Shown in pieces: positions 48,412-57,908 of a DNA stretch of 64,000 nt. The position numbers were made by a program, and so were the translations under genes. Source of the DNA: an uncultured Acidobacteriota bacterium (GTDB lineage: Bacteria > Acidobacteriota > Thermoanaerobaculia > Multivoradales > UBA5704); assembly GCA_963700145.1 (NCBI GenBank), contig OY969474.1, positions 3,328,001 to 3,392,000 on the forward strand, in the 5' to 3' direction. The notes under the pieces were generated by a model that was given only the letters and a program-made list of their open reading frames with translations, was not told the DNA's origin and did not search any database. Within the stretch, counting starts at the first letter, position 1. The number at the start of each line of letters is the position of its first letter.

Positions 48412-51400
48412 ATGGACCAGCCGCAACGACTCGATGACGCCGAAGAGGGGCAGGAGCAGGTCGCCGTCGTCGGCATGGCCGGCCGCTTCCCGGCGGCCGC
48501 GGACCTCGACGCGTTCTGGCGCAACCTGCGCGACGGCGTCGACGCGGTGCGCGCGCTGACCGCCGAGGAGCTGCTGGCCTCCGGCGTCGACCCGGCGCTC
48601 TTCGCCCGCCCGGACTACGTCAAGGCGGCTGCCCCGATCGACGGGGTCGAGCTCTTCGACGCGTCGTTCTTCGGCTTCTCGCCGCGTGAGGCCGAGCTTC
48701 TCGACCCGCAGGTGCGGGTCTTCATGGAGTGCGCCTGGGAGGCCCTGGAGTCGGCCGGCTACATCGCGGAGTCCTACGACGGCTGGATCGGCCTCTTCGC
48801 CGGCGTCAGCCTCCCGGCCTATCTGATGAGCAACCTCTCCCCCCACCGGGAGCTCGCGGCGGAGGTGGGCAACTTCCACTTGATGCTGGCCAACGACCGC
48901 GACTACTTCACCACCCGCGTCTCCTACAAGCTCGGGCTCCAGGGGCCGAGCGTCAACGTCCAGAGCGCCTGCTCGACCTCGCTCGTGGCGACCCACCTCG
49001 CCTGCCAGAGCCTGCTCTCCTATCAGTGCAGCCTGGCGCTCGCCGGCGGCATCCGGATCAACTTCCCGCAGCTCGTCGGGTACGTCCACCAGGAGGGGAG
49101 CATCTTCTCGCCCGACGGGCGCTGCCGCGCCTTCGACGCCCGCGGGGGAGGCGCCCTCTTCGGCGAGGGGGCCGGGGTGGTGGTGCTCAAGCGCCTCTCC
49201 GAGGCGCTCGCCGACGGCGACACGATCCACGCCGTCGTCCGCGGCTCGGCCTGCAACAACGACGGCACGAACAAGGTGGGCTACACCGCGCCGAGCGTCG
49301 ACGGCCAGGCCAAGGTCATCGCCCTCGCCCAGGCGGTCGCCGGCGTCGGCCCGGAGAGCGTGAGCTACGTCGAGGCCCACGGCAGCGGCACGCCGCTCGG
49401 CGATCCGATCGAGGTCGCCGCCCTCACTCGGGCCTTCCGCGCCCACACCGACCGCAAGCGCTTCTGCGCCTTGGGCTCGGTCAAGACCAACGTCGGCCAC
49501 CTGGAGGCCGCGGCCGGCATCGCCGGACTGCTCAAGACCGTGCTCGCCCTGAAGCACCGCACCCTCCCCCCGAGCCTCCACTTCCAGGCGCCGAATCCCG
49601 AGATCGACTTCGAGAACGGCCCGTTCTACGTCAACACCGCCGCCCGCGAGTGGCGGAGCGACGGCATGCCGCGGCGGGCCGGCGTCAGCTCCTTCGGCAT
49701 GGGCGGCACCAACGCCCACGTCGTCCTGGAGGAGGCGCCGACGGTCGCGCCCGGGAGCGCCTCCCGCTCCTGGCAGCTCCTCCTCCTCTCGGCGAAGACC
49801 CCGACCGCGCTGGAGACCTCCGCCGCCCGCCTCGCCGCCTTCCTGCGCGAGCGCCCGGACGTCGACTTCGCCGACGCCGTCCACACCCTGCAGGCCGGCC
49901 GGCGCGGCTTCCGTCACCGGCTGGCCCTCGTCTGCCGCGACCGCGAGGACGCCCTGGCGGCGCTCGAGACCTCCGACCCGCGCCGGCTGCTGCAGAGCGA
50001 GCAGGAGAGCGCCGACCCGCCGGTCACTTTCCTCTTCTCGGGGCTGGGCGAGCACTACCCGGGCATGGCGCGCGAGCTCTACCGCGGCGAGCCCGCCTTC
50101 CGCGCCGCGCTCGACGAGTGCTGCGACCTCCTGGCGCCCGAGGTCGGGCTCGACCTGCGCCGCCTGCTCTTTCCCCCCGCGCCGGAGTCGCGCGGCGGCG
50201 TGGACGTCAAGGCGCTGTTCGGCCGCGGCGCGCGGGCGGCGAGCGAGCTCGACCGCACCCTCTACGCCCAGCCGGCGGTCTTCGCCGTCGAGTACGCGCT
50301 GGCCACCCTGCTCATGGAATGGGGGATCCGCCCGCAGTCGCTCGTCGGCTACAGCCTGGGCGAGTACGTGGCCGCCTGCCTGGCCGGCGTCCTCTCGCTG
50401 CCGGACGCCCTGGTCCTCGTCGCGCGGCGGGCGCGCCTGATCGACGGCCTGCCGGCCGGGGCCATGCTCGCGCTGCCGCTCCCCGAGGAGGAGGCGCGCT
50501 CACTCCTGGGGTCCGAGCTCTCGCTCGCCGCCCTCAACGGCCCCTCCGTCAGCGTGGCCGCCGGCCCCGAGGCGGCGATCGACGCCCTCGAACGGCGGCT
50601 CGCCGAGCGCGGCCTCGCCGGCCGCCGCCTCCCCACCACCCACGCCTTCCACTCGCGGATGATGGAGCCGATCCGGAGCGCCTTCGGCGAGCTGGTCGCT
50701 GGCGCGCGGCTCGCGCCGCCGCGCATCCCCTACGTCTCGAACGTCACCGGCACCTGGATCACCGCCGAGGAGGCGACCGATCCCGGCTACTGGGTGCGCC
50801 ACCTCTGCCAGGCCGTGCGCTTCGCCGACGGCCTCGCCGAGCTCGCCCGCGAGCCCGAGCGCGTGCTCGTCGAGGTCGGGCCCGGCCAGGGGCTGACCTC
50901 ACTGGCCCTGCAGGCGGCGGGCGGGCTCCTGGCGATCCCCACCCTCCGCTCCTCCTGGGACAGCCAGCCCGACCTGGCTTTCCTGCTCACCGCCCTGGCC
51001 AAGCTCTGGCTCGCGGGGGTGCGGGTGGACTGGTCCGGCTTCGCCGCTCACGAGCGGCGCCTCAAGGTGCCGCTCCCCACCTACCCGTTCGAGCGGCGCC
51101 GCTACTTCATCGACCCGCCGAGCGCCCTTGCACGGCCGGCGGCGGGCGCGGCGGCGGCGGTCCCCACCTGGTCCGGCGACGGCGGCGAGGCGGCGGCGCC
51201 GCGTCCCGCCTCCCGCCACGCCCGGCCCGCCCATCTGCGGAACCCCTACGTGCCGCCCGCGGGCGATCTCGAGCAGCGTCTCGCCGCCATCTGGCAGCAG
51301 GTGCTCGGCATCGAAGCGGTCGGCGCCCACGACAACTTCTTCGAGCTCGGCGGCCACTCGCTGCTCGCGCCGCAGCTCCTCGTCCGCCTGCGCACGGAGC

Positions 51401-52785
51401 TGAGCGTCGACTTTCCGATGCGCGACCTCGTGGAGACCCCGACGGTCGCGCGCATGGCGGCGGCGATCGAGCTCATCCGGCGCGAAGGGCTGGCCGCCCT
51501 CGCGGCGCGGCGCGAGGAGGTGGACCTGTGGGCCGAGGCGGCGGCCCTCGATCCCGCGATCGTCCCGGAGGCCCCGTGGAGCGGCGCGGTCGGGGAGCCG
51601 GCCGAGATCTTCCTCACCGGCGGCACCGGCTTCCTCGGTTCCCACGTCCTCGCCGAGCTGCTGCGCCGCACCGGCGCCCGCCTCCACTGTCTGGTCCGCG
51701 CGGCCGACGCCGAGGCCGCCTCCCGCCGGCTGCGCTCCGCGCTCGCCGACCGCGAGCTCTGGCGCGACGAGATGGCCGGCCGGATCGAGGCCGTTCCCGG
51801 CGACCTCGCGGCCCCTCGCTTCGGGCTCTCCGAAGAGGCCTTCCGCGCCCTGGCGGGACGGGTGGACCTCGTCTACCACTGCGGCGCCTGGGTGAACTTC
51901 AACTACCCCTACAAGCTCCTCAAGCCGGCCAACGTCGCGGGCACCATCGAGGCCTTGCGCCTGGCGGCGCTCGGGCGCGCCAAGCCCCTCCACTTCATCT
52001 CCAGCATCGCCGCCACCCCCGAGGGGGACTACGGCTTCCGCGAGCACCCGGTGGTCTACGAGAACGAGGACTCCGACTCGATCGACGGCCTCTTCGGCGG
52101 CTACGGCGAGAGCAAGTGGGTCTGCGAGCGCCTGATCCGCATCGCCCGCGAGCGCGGGCTGCCGGTCACCATCTACCGCCCGGGCGTCCTCTCCGGCCAC
52201 AGCCGGACCGGCGCCGGCAACACCCGCGACATGATCTGGAGCCTGATCAAGAGCTGCATCCAGATGGGCGTCCACCCGATCGACGACTACCACCTCGACG
52301 TCACGCCGGTGGACTACGTGGCGCGCGCCGTCGTCCACCTCTCCCTGGACGTGCGGAACAGCGACCGGCTGTTCCAGCTCCCGCACCCGAATCCGCCGCG
52401 CTACCCCGCGGTCTACCAGCAGGTCCGCGCCTACGGTTATCCGCTCGCACCCCTCCCCTTCGCGGAGTGGGTGGAGCGGGTCGTGGAGGTCGCGCGCGTG
52501 GACTCCGACAACGCCCTGGCCCCCTTCGTCGGGGTGGCGGAGAACTACGACAAGTTCTCGGAGCGGGCGCAGACCGCGGGCAACGCCGGGAGACTCAAGG
52601 AGATCCTCTTCGACGGCGCCAACACCCGCGCCGGCCTCGCCGGCTCCGGCATCGTCTGCCCGGAGCTCGACGCGGAGCTGCTCGGGCGCTACCTCGATTG
52701 GTTCGTGCGCATCGGCTTCTACCCGGCGCCGGCGCTGCGCGCTCCGGCCTCGGCCGCCGAGCCGGCGTTGGCGCTCGATGTCTAA
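48412..52785 (+). CDS. PKS 3: KS-AT-ACP-terminal thioester reductase (R)
   Basis: KS SACSTS/HGSGT/GHL; AT GYSLG and HAFH; ACP GGHSL; R domain TGGTGFLG...YGESK. Alternative start at 48397. Confidence 0.95.
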   Translation: MDQPQRLDDAEEGQEQVAVVGMAGRFPAAADLDAFWRNLRDGVDAVRALTAEELLASGVDPALFARPDYVKAAAPIDGVELFDASFFGFSPREAELLDPQVRVFMECAWEALESAGYIAESYDGWIGLFAGVSLPAYLMSNLSPHRELAAEVGNFHLMLANDRDYFTTRVSYKLGLQGPSVNVQSACSTSLVATHLACQSLLSYQCSLALAGGIRINFPQLVGYVHQEGSIFSPDGRCRAFDARGGGALFGEGAGVVVLKRLSEALADGDTIHAVVRGSACNNDGTNKVGYTAPSVDGQAKVIALAQAVAGVGPESVSYVEAHGSGTPLGDPIEVAALTRAFRAHTDRKRFCALGSVKTNVGHLEAAAGIAGLLKTVLALKHRTLPPSLHFQAPNPEIDFENGPFYVNTAAREWRSDGMPRRAGVSSFGMGGTNAHVVLEEAPTVAPGSASRSWQLLLLSAKTPTALETSAARLAAFLRERPDVDFADAVHTLQAGRRGFRHRLALVCRDREDALAALETSDPRRLLQSEQESADPPVTFLFSGLGEHYPGMARELYRGEPAFRAALDECCDLLAPEVGLDLRRLLFPPAPESRGGVDVKALFGRGARAASELDRTLYAQPAVFAVEYALATLLMEWGIRPQSLVGYSLGEYVAACLAGVLSLPDALVLVARRARLIDGLPAGAMLALPLPEEEARSLLGSELSLAALNGPSVSVAAGPEAAIDALERRLAERGLAGRRLPTTHAFHSRMMEPIRSAFGELVAGARLAPPRIPYVSNVTGTWITAEEATDPGYWVRHLCQAVRFADGLAELAREPERVLVEVGPGQGLTSLALQAAGGLLAIPTLRSSWDSQPDLAFLLTALAKLWLAGVRVDWSGFAAHERRLKVPLPTYPFERRRYFIDPPSALARPAAGAAAAVPTWSGDGGEAAAPRPASRHARPAHLRNPYVPPAGDLEQRLAAIWQQVLGIEAVGAHDNFFELGGHSLLAPQLLVRLRTELSVDFPMRDLVETPTVARMAAAIELIRREGLAALAARREEVDLWAEAAALDPAIVPEAPWSGAVGEPAEIFLTGGTGFLGSHVLAELLRRTGARLHCLVRAADAEAASRRLRSALADRELWRDEMAGRIEAVPGDLAAPRFGLSEEAFRALAGRVDLVYHCGAWVNFNYPYKLLKPANVAGTIEALRLAALGRAKPLHFISSIAATPEGDYGFREHPVVYENEDSDSIDGLFGGYGESKWVCERLIRIARERGLPVTIYRPGVLSGHSRTGAGNTRDMIWSLIKSCIQMGVHPIDDYHLDVTPVDYVARAVVHLSLDVRNSDRLFQLPHPNPPRYPAVYQQVRAYGYPLAPLPFAEWVERVVEVARVDSDNALAPFVGVAENYDKFSERAQTAGNAGRLKEILFDGANTRAGLAGSGIVCPELDAELLGRYLDWFVRIGFYPAPALRAPASAAEPALALDV

Positions 52786-52790
52786 GAGGG

Positions 52791-52867
52791 TGGTGCGCCC
52801 TAGAGGATTCGAACCTCTGACCTACAGCTCCGGAGGCTGTCGCTCTATCCAGCTGAGCTAAGGGCGC
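52791..52867 (-). tRNA. tRNA-Arg(CCG)
   Basis: Cloverleaf GCGCCCT...ACAGC-CT-CCG-GA-GCTGT...GTTCGAATC...ACCA. Confidence 0.97.
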
Positions 52868-52873
52868 GCGAGG

Positions 52874-52950
52874 TGGGGTGAGTGAAGGGGATCGAACCCT
52901 CAACCACTGGAGCCACAGTCCAGCGCTCTACCGATTGAGCTACACTCACC
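52874..52950 (-). tRNA. tRNA-His(GTG)
   Basis: G-1, anticodon arm CTGGA-CT-GTG-GC-TCCAG, TTCGA T-loop, CCA end. Confidence 0.97.
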
Positions 52951-52966
52951 ACGCGGTTATTGAGAG

Positions 52967-53043
52967 TGGCCTGCCTGGAGGGATTCGAACCCCCGACCCG
53001 CGGCTTAGAAGGCCGCTGCTCTATCCAACTGAGCTACAGGCAG
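52967..53043 (-). tRNA. tRNA-Arg(TCT)
   Basis: Anticodon arm GCGGC-CT-TCT-AA-GCCGC, GTTCGAATC, CCA end. Confidence 0.97.
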
Positions 53044-53074
53044 CCGGTGGCGCGGACCCGCTCTGCCGTCGGTA

Positions 53075-53148
53075 TCGGGGCGCCCAGATTTGAACTGGGG
53101 ACCCCCTGCGCCCAAGGCAGGTGCGCTACCAGGCTGCGCCACGCCCCG
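53075..53148 (-). tRNA. tRNA-Pro(TGG), CCA not encoded
   Basis: CGGGGCGTGGCGCAGCCTGGTAGCGCA, CCTGC-CT-TGG-GC-GCAGG, GTTCAAATC. Confidence 0.96.
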
Positions 53149-53165
53149 ACGGTGATCCGCCCGGC

Positions 53166-53195
53166 AGTCTAGGGCAGCGGGCTCCGTCGAGTCAA
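53166..53195 (-). promoter_or_regulatory. Sigma70-like promoter of the tRNA cluster
   Basis: TTGACT-N18-TAGACT on the minus strand just upstream of tRNA-Pro. Confidence 0.6.
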
Positions 53196-53244
53196 CGCAG
53201 GCCACACTCGACGCATTCCTCTGCAGCGTCCGGGTTGGGCTAGG

Positions 53245-55563
53245 TTACGGCTTTGCCGCCTGACGTTTCGCCGCCGCCGTCGCCCGCGGTGAACGGAGCG
53301 TCAGCTCGCCACCCGGGGCGAGATAGCCTTCAGCACAGGCCGACTCCTTCGGGGCCGCCGCGCCCCACAAGACGAGGAGGGCTTCCTGCGGCTCCAGCTC
53401 GCAGTAGCGGTAGGAGCCGGATGGCATCGCGGTCACGGTCGCGAGGTCGCCCGAGGCCGAGCCGCCGTTGCCGGCGAGAGCCCAGGACCTGAGCAAAGCA
53501 CCGCCCACAGGCTCTCCATCGAGCAGGACCAAAGGGAAGAGAGGGGTGACGAAATTGGAATCGGTGCGAGGGAGGTGCAGCGCTCCCTGGGTCTCCCCCA
53601 GCCGCAAGGTGACAGCCCTCGTCTCCTCGCCCAAGCGGACTCGCCACACCGCGAAGGGGTAACCCGGCGCCATGACGACGAGCCGAGCTCCGGACGTCTT
53701 CTGTGGCAGCTTCAGCTCGAAAGCCCCATCGAGGTCCGCCGCGGTTTGATCCGAGCCCGGCAGCGTGGGCGACCCGGCCGCCGGAAAGGCGTCCGCGAAC
53801 ACCTGCGCCCCGGCGACCGCCGCTCCGCCGGCCGACGTGACCCGCCCGCGCAGCACTCTCCGCGCTTCGACCACGAGATGCAGCGGCGGCGTCTCCGCCC
53901 CTTCGACGACGAGCACCTCGGCGGTGTCCGAGACTTCTCCGGCGACCGTCCTCGCTCGGGCCCAGACGAAACAGCGGCCGGGGAGCTGGCCCTGAATGGC
54001 AAAGCTGCCATCCCGCGCGGTCGTGCGGACAGCGCTACTGAGGCCAGGCTCGAACCGGGCGAGGTGGACCCAAGCGCCTGACACCGGCCTTCCGTCGCCG
54101 TCAACCACCGTGCCGCGAATGGCGGTGTCGGGAATCTCGATCTCGACGTCGCGGCGGCGTCGCACTTCCACCTCGAGCCCGGCGGCGTTGACCGGCGGAT
54201 CGTCGGCTTCGACGTCGACCGTCCAGGTTCCGCCTCGCGGGAGAACGGTCGAGAACTGCCCCTCCGTGTCCGACTCGGCCTCGATCTTCATGCCGCCGCG
54301 GCCGCGTTTGCCGCCGAAGAAGAGACGGCTTGCCAGCGGCTCCTCTCCGAAACGCACCGTGCCCACGACCTCGACCAGGGGCAGCTCGATGACGAGCTTC
54401 TGGGAGGTTTCGGCGAGGGTCACCTCGCGCCAGAAGAACTCGTTGCCGCCCGTGTCGAGCACCTGAACGACGTAGGTGCCGGTGGACAGAGGCGGTGAGC
54501 GCCAGCGGCCGGAACGGTCCGTGGCGCCCTCCGCCGCGTTGATGACGGAACCCTCCTCGGCTGCAAGCAGCAGCAGACGCCAGGGTTTTCGGTGCGGGTC
54601 ACGGGGAGGGTCTACAGACACCACGAAATGGCGTGCGGGGCGGAGCACGAGCGCCTCTCCGATCTCGAGGTCCTCGTCCTCGCGGACCGCGAGGGGCGTG
54701 ACCCGCACGGGCTGGAAATCCGGCTGCCGCGCCTCGAGCGTGTAGCTACCGGCGGGAATGCCGGCGAAGTTGAAGTAGCCCCAGGCATTGACCTGGGACG
54801 AAAAAACGAGCTGCCGGAGCTGAGGACCGTGCGCGCCGTCGGTCCCTCCGTAGACGACAGGCCGCAGCTCCACCTCGGCGTGCGCGGGATCCGCTGGCCC
54901 GGCATCGGTCGCGACGCGGCCGAGCACCGATGCGCCCTTCCGCAGATGGAGACCGCCGAGCGCCTTCGCCTGGCGCGGTTCGAGAGTGAGGTTCCAGAAG
55001 TAGAAGGGCGCGAATCCCTCCGCCTTCGCCCGCAGATCCCACCGGCCCGCCGGCGTCAGGCACTCGATCTCGCCCTTCTCGGTCGCGGGGCAGGCGATCT
55101 CGGCCTCCGCTGGCTGAGCGCCGGACGCTGCCGGTGGGATCGACGCCGAACGCTCCACGAGCCGCAGGCGCAGCTCCTTCGGCATCGTCGCCCCGGAGGG
55201 AGGCCGCACTTGCGCCGTGACCTCGGCAGCCGGCCAAAGCGTGAGTCGCACCGCCGCCTGCTCCTGGGCGGAGAGCTCGACCGGGGCGCTCCAGAGGCCT
55301 TCGGCCGAAGCCTCCAGCCGCCAGCGGGTCTCGTCAGGAAGATCGACCAACGTTTCGAACTTGCCCGCGGGCAGGATGATGGTCATGGCCGCGCGATCGG
55401 CCCCCGCGCTTCCCAGAGGCGAAGCCGTGAGGACGATCGACGAGGGCACAGCGCCCCGAACCGCGACCGAGACCGCGGTCGAAGCCGCCGCACCCTCGGC
55501 GGGCAGCAGGAGCCCTGCAGCCACGGCGGCCGCGTTCAGCACGCGGTGAAGCGAAGCAGCCAT
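53245..55563 (-). CDS. Secreted protein with repeated carboxypeptidase-regulatory-like (beta-sandwich) domains
   Basis: Signal peptide; repeats such as IRGTVVDGDGRPVSGAWV, LRGRVTSAGGAAVAGAQV, TD..GR/F. Confidence 0.8.
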   Translation of the reverse strand: MAASLHRVLNAAAVAAGLLLPAEGAAASTAVSVAVRGAVPSSIVLTASPLGSAGADRAAMTIILPAGKFETLVDLPDETRWRLEASAEGLWSAPVELSAQEQAAVRLTLWPAAEVTAQVRPPSGATMPKELRLRLVERSASIPPAASGAQPAEAEIACPATEKGEIECLTPAGRWDLRAKAEGFAPFYFWNLTLEPRQAKALGGLHLRKGASVLGRVATDAGPADPAHAEVELRPVVYGGTDGAHGPQLRQLVFSSQVNAWGYFNFAGIPAGSYTLEARQPDFQPVRVTPLAVREDEDLEIGEALVLRPARHFVVSVDPPRDPHRKPWRLLLLAAEEGSVINAAEGATDRSGRWRSPPLSTGTYVVQVLDTGGNEFFWREVTLAETSQKLVIELPLVEVVGTVRFGEEPLASRLFFGGKRGRGGMKIEAESDTEGQFSTVLPRGGTWTVDVEADDPPVNAAGLEVEVRRRRDVEIEIPDTAIRGTVVDGDGRPVSGAWVHLARFEPGLSSAVRTTARDGSFAIQGQLPGRCFVWARARTVAGEVSDTAEVLVVEGAETPPLHLVVEARRVLRGRVTSAGGAAVAGAQVFADAFPAAGSPTLPGSDQTAADLDGAFELKLPQKTSGARLVVMAPGYPFAVWRVRLGEETRAVTLRLGETQGALHLPRTDSNFVTPLFPLVLLDGEPVGGALLRSWALAGNGGSASGDLATVTAMPSGSYRYCELEPQEALLVLWGAAAPKESACAEGYLAPGGELTLRSPRATAAAKRQAAKP

Positions 55564-55591
55564 CAGCTCGCCCTAGTGAGTCGCGATGTCG

Positions 55592-55966
55592 TCAGGCTGC
55601 CGGGCGGGCGGGCCCTGAGCACATGGCGGGCGCCGAAGAAAGAGAATCGAAGCGCACCAGGTCAGCCAGCTCGAATCCCAGCCCGGGCTGGCCGGCCGCG
55701 AGAACGATGTTGGCGCCGGGAGCCATCATTCCGTTTTCATCGATGCAGCTCCCCGGGAGCTCGACGCATGAGAATCCCGTGCAGCCCCAGCCCGACAAAC
55801 GGCAGTAGCCGTTGGTGTCGTTGCAGAAGTTGTATCCCGTCACACCCGGGTTGACGTCATAGCAGCCGATGGTGGCGCTGCAAGTCCTGCAGTACGCCAT
55901 GGCGGGTGAGGCTGCCACACCAACGAGAGCCAAAACGAGGAACACCCGGAAACTGAACAGTTTCAT
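55592..55966 (-). CDS. Small secreted cysteine-rich protein
   Basis: AGGAG RBS, signal peptide ending AMA, then 8 Cys in about 50 aa (YCRTC...GC...FC...YC...GC...SC...SC). Confidence 0.72.
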   Translation of the reverse strand: MKLFSFRVFLVLALVGVAASPAMAYCRTCSATIGCYDVNPGVTGYNFCNDTNGYCRLSGWGCTGFSCVELPGSCIDENGMMAPGANIVLAAGQPGLGFELADLVRFDSLSSAPAMCSGPARPAA

Positions 55967-56219
55967 CACGCGTTCTCCTTTCGCTTCGCTGAGATTAATT
56001 CCCTGCAACGTTCTCTCTTAGTTGCTAAGGTGTCCAGGCTAACTCAAGGTGGGACAAAAAGACAAGAAACTGCGGTAAGCAGCACCGCAAGATCTTTCAG
56101 CGGGACAGCGCTATGGCCACGCCGGGCCCGGCACGGTCTTGCGACCGTGTGGCACTATCGGAATGCGGGCGTCCCGCGCCGCTCCGGTCCGGGGTCCGAC
56201 CCGCCGGAGGATGAATCCC

Positions 56220-56540
56220 ATGAAAGGTTTGCGAAGAGCGGCCCTCGGGCTGGCGGTGGTGGTGTGTCTGCTGACGGTGGCCCCGGCCGCCTGGGCGGGG
56301 GCGATGGACACGCCGGCGCGGACGGACGCGGGCGGCTGGATCGCCGGGTGGCTCGAGCGCGTCGCCCGCTGGATGAGCTGGGCCGATCAGCCGGGGCCTG
56401 GTGAGGGGGACGCTGGCCGGGTGCGGCCGGTGTTCGAGAACAACCATTGTGGACTCGACCCCAACGGCACTCCGAAGCCCTGCCCTCCAGGGACGGCTCC
56501 CGAGCCGCCTGAGAACTCAGGTGGCCCCTTGGCAGGCTGA
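56220..56540 (+). CDS. Small secreted peptide precursor (W-rich helix, CGLDPNG motif)
   Basis: GGAGG RBS, signal peptide ending AWA, WIAGWLERVARW helix, ENNHCGLDPNGTPKPC, Pro-rich tail. Confidence 0.7.
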   Translation: MKGLRRAALGLAVVVCLLTVAPAAWAGAMDTPARTDAGGWIAGWLERVARWMSWADQPGPGEGDAGRVRPVFENNHCGLDPNGTPKPCPPGTAPEPPENSGGPLAG

Positions 56541-56585
56541 TCGCCGACGAGCGGACGCGCGATTCCGTATAAAATTGCTCCACCA

Positions 56586-57908
56586 GTGGACAACGAGCGC
56601 GAGCACTCGATCTCCCCCGACGTGCTGGCTCGCTTCGCAGCCGGCGAGGCGACCCCCGAGGAGCACCGCCTCGTCGGTCGTCACCTTCTCGCCGGCTGCG
56701 GCACTTGCACGCAGGCGCTCTCCCTTGTCGCCTTCCCCGAGGAACTAGGCCCGCCGGCCGGCGCCTACGATCAAGCTTTCGCGGTCGTCGACCGGGATGT
56801 GGCCGCGGAGCTGAAGCGCCGCCACCCTCCCGTGCAGAAGCTGCTCGCCGAGCTCGACCGGCTGCCCGCCGAGCGGCAGGAGCTGAAGGTCCGCAACGGC
56901 GCGCGCTATGCCTCGCTGGAGCTGTCCGCGGCCTACGTCGAGCGGAGCCACGAAGTCCGCTACCGGGACTCGGGCGAGATGCTCCGTTTCGCCCGCTTGG
57001 CGCTCGCCGCGGCGGAGGCGGCGGCCTGCGCCGGCCCCGGGCCGCGCTCGCTAGTCAACGACGGATTGGCTCGCGCCTGGGCCCAGGCGGGGACCGCGCA
57101 TCGCGTTCGCAGCGAGGTCGCGCAGGCGGCGGCTGCATTCGAGAGGGCCGATGCGTTTCGGAGGAGCGGTAGCGGCGACACCGCGCTGCACGCCGTGTTG
57201 GCTAGCCAGACCGCCTCTTTCCGTAGTTTTCAGCGTGAGTTCGGGCCGGCAATTCATCTCTATAGGGTTGCAGCGCACCTCTACAGAAAACTGCGCGACC
57301 GTAGAGGCGAGGTCAATGCGCTCATCGGGTTCGCGCTCGTCAAGGTCGCTTCGGGGCAGCCGCAGGATGCCATTGCCCCCCTCCAGCGGTGTTTACCGAT
57401 GCTCACCGGCCGCCCGCACGATCTCGATCTCCTTTGGGCCGCGACGCAGAATCTCGTCTACTGCTTCGTCGAGCTTCAGCAACCCGCCCACGCCTACGAT
57501 CTCCTTGCCCTCTCCGAGCCGCAGTTCGCGGAGTGCACCGACGAGCTGGTCCACCTGCGCGTCGGCTGGGTGAAGGGGAAGGTGGAGCGCGAGCTCGGCC
57601 TTTACGGCGCGGCGCAGTTCCGGCTCGAGCAGGTGCGCGACACCTACATGCGGAAGGACCTGACGGTCGAGGTCGCCGTCGTTTCGCTCGACCTGGCGGA
57701 GGTCTACGCGCGCCAGGGGCTCGTCGCGCAGTTGGTCGGCACCGTGGCCGAGACGATCCCCCTCTTCCAGTCGCTCGGCGTCGGGCGCGAGCTGATCGCC
57801 GCGCTTTTGAAGCTCCAGGAGATCGCCCGCTCCCAGCGGGCCGCCGTCGCGCTGCTGCGCGACGTGGCGAAGAAGTTCCAGGAAAGCCTGCCGCAGCTCA
57901 GCCGTTAG
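56586..57908 (+). CDS. Zinc-finger (anti-sigma-like His/CxxC) + TPR-like helical repeat protein
   Basis: H.S...L.RF..GE......V.RHLLAGCGTC N-terminus, then helical repeats (ARAWAQAG.A.R, A.VSLDLA.VY); TATAAAAT just upstream suggests a short leader. Confidence 0.75.
   Translation: MDNEREHSISPDVLARFAAGEATPEEHRLVGRHLLAGCGTCTQALSLVAFPEELGPPAGAYDQAFAVVDRDVAAELKRRHPPVQKLLAELDRLPAERQELKVRNGARYASLELSAAYVERSHEVRYRDSGEMLRFARLALAAAEAAACAGPGPRSLVNDGLARAWAQAGTAHRVRSEVAQAAAAFERADAFRRSGSGDTALHAVLASQTASFRSFQREFGPAIHLYRVAAHLYRKLRDRRGEVNALIGFALVKVASGQPQDAIAPLQRCLPMLTGRPHDLDLLWAATQNLVYCFVELQQPAHAYDLLALSEPQFAECTDELVHLRVGWVKGKVERELGLYGAAQFRLEQVRDTYMRKDLTVEVAVVSLDLAEVYARQGLVAQLVGTVAETIPLFQSLGVGRELIAALLKLQEIARSQRAAVALLRDVAKKFQESLPQLSR

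Larger units (their letters stand above)
23344..52785. other. Hybrid NRPS/PKS lipopeptide biosynthetic gene cluster (divergent: extender-unit cassette + MFS on minus, three megasynthases on plus)
   Basis: Contiguous genes with coupled starts/stops, bounded by the TA module and the tRNA cluster. Confidence 0.92.

Noticed and set aside
34100-52820. Very long alternative ORFs over the megasynthases (34100-39781 minus, 44262-48524 minus, 48729-52820 plus)
   Set aside because: Stop-poor shadow frames expected at this GC content; the translations are low-complexity or motif-free.
52785-52867. Cluster as an island integrated at tRNA-Arg(CCG), since PKS 3 ends 5 bp from the tRNA 3' end
   Set aside because: No integrase and no duplicated tRNA 3' end (att site) found by eye at the other border; the cluster's GC matches the host.
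53075-53148. tRNA-Pro without encoded CCA as a pseudogene
   Set aside because: The cloverleaf is intact, and post-transcriptional CCA addition is common in bacteria.
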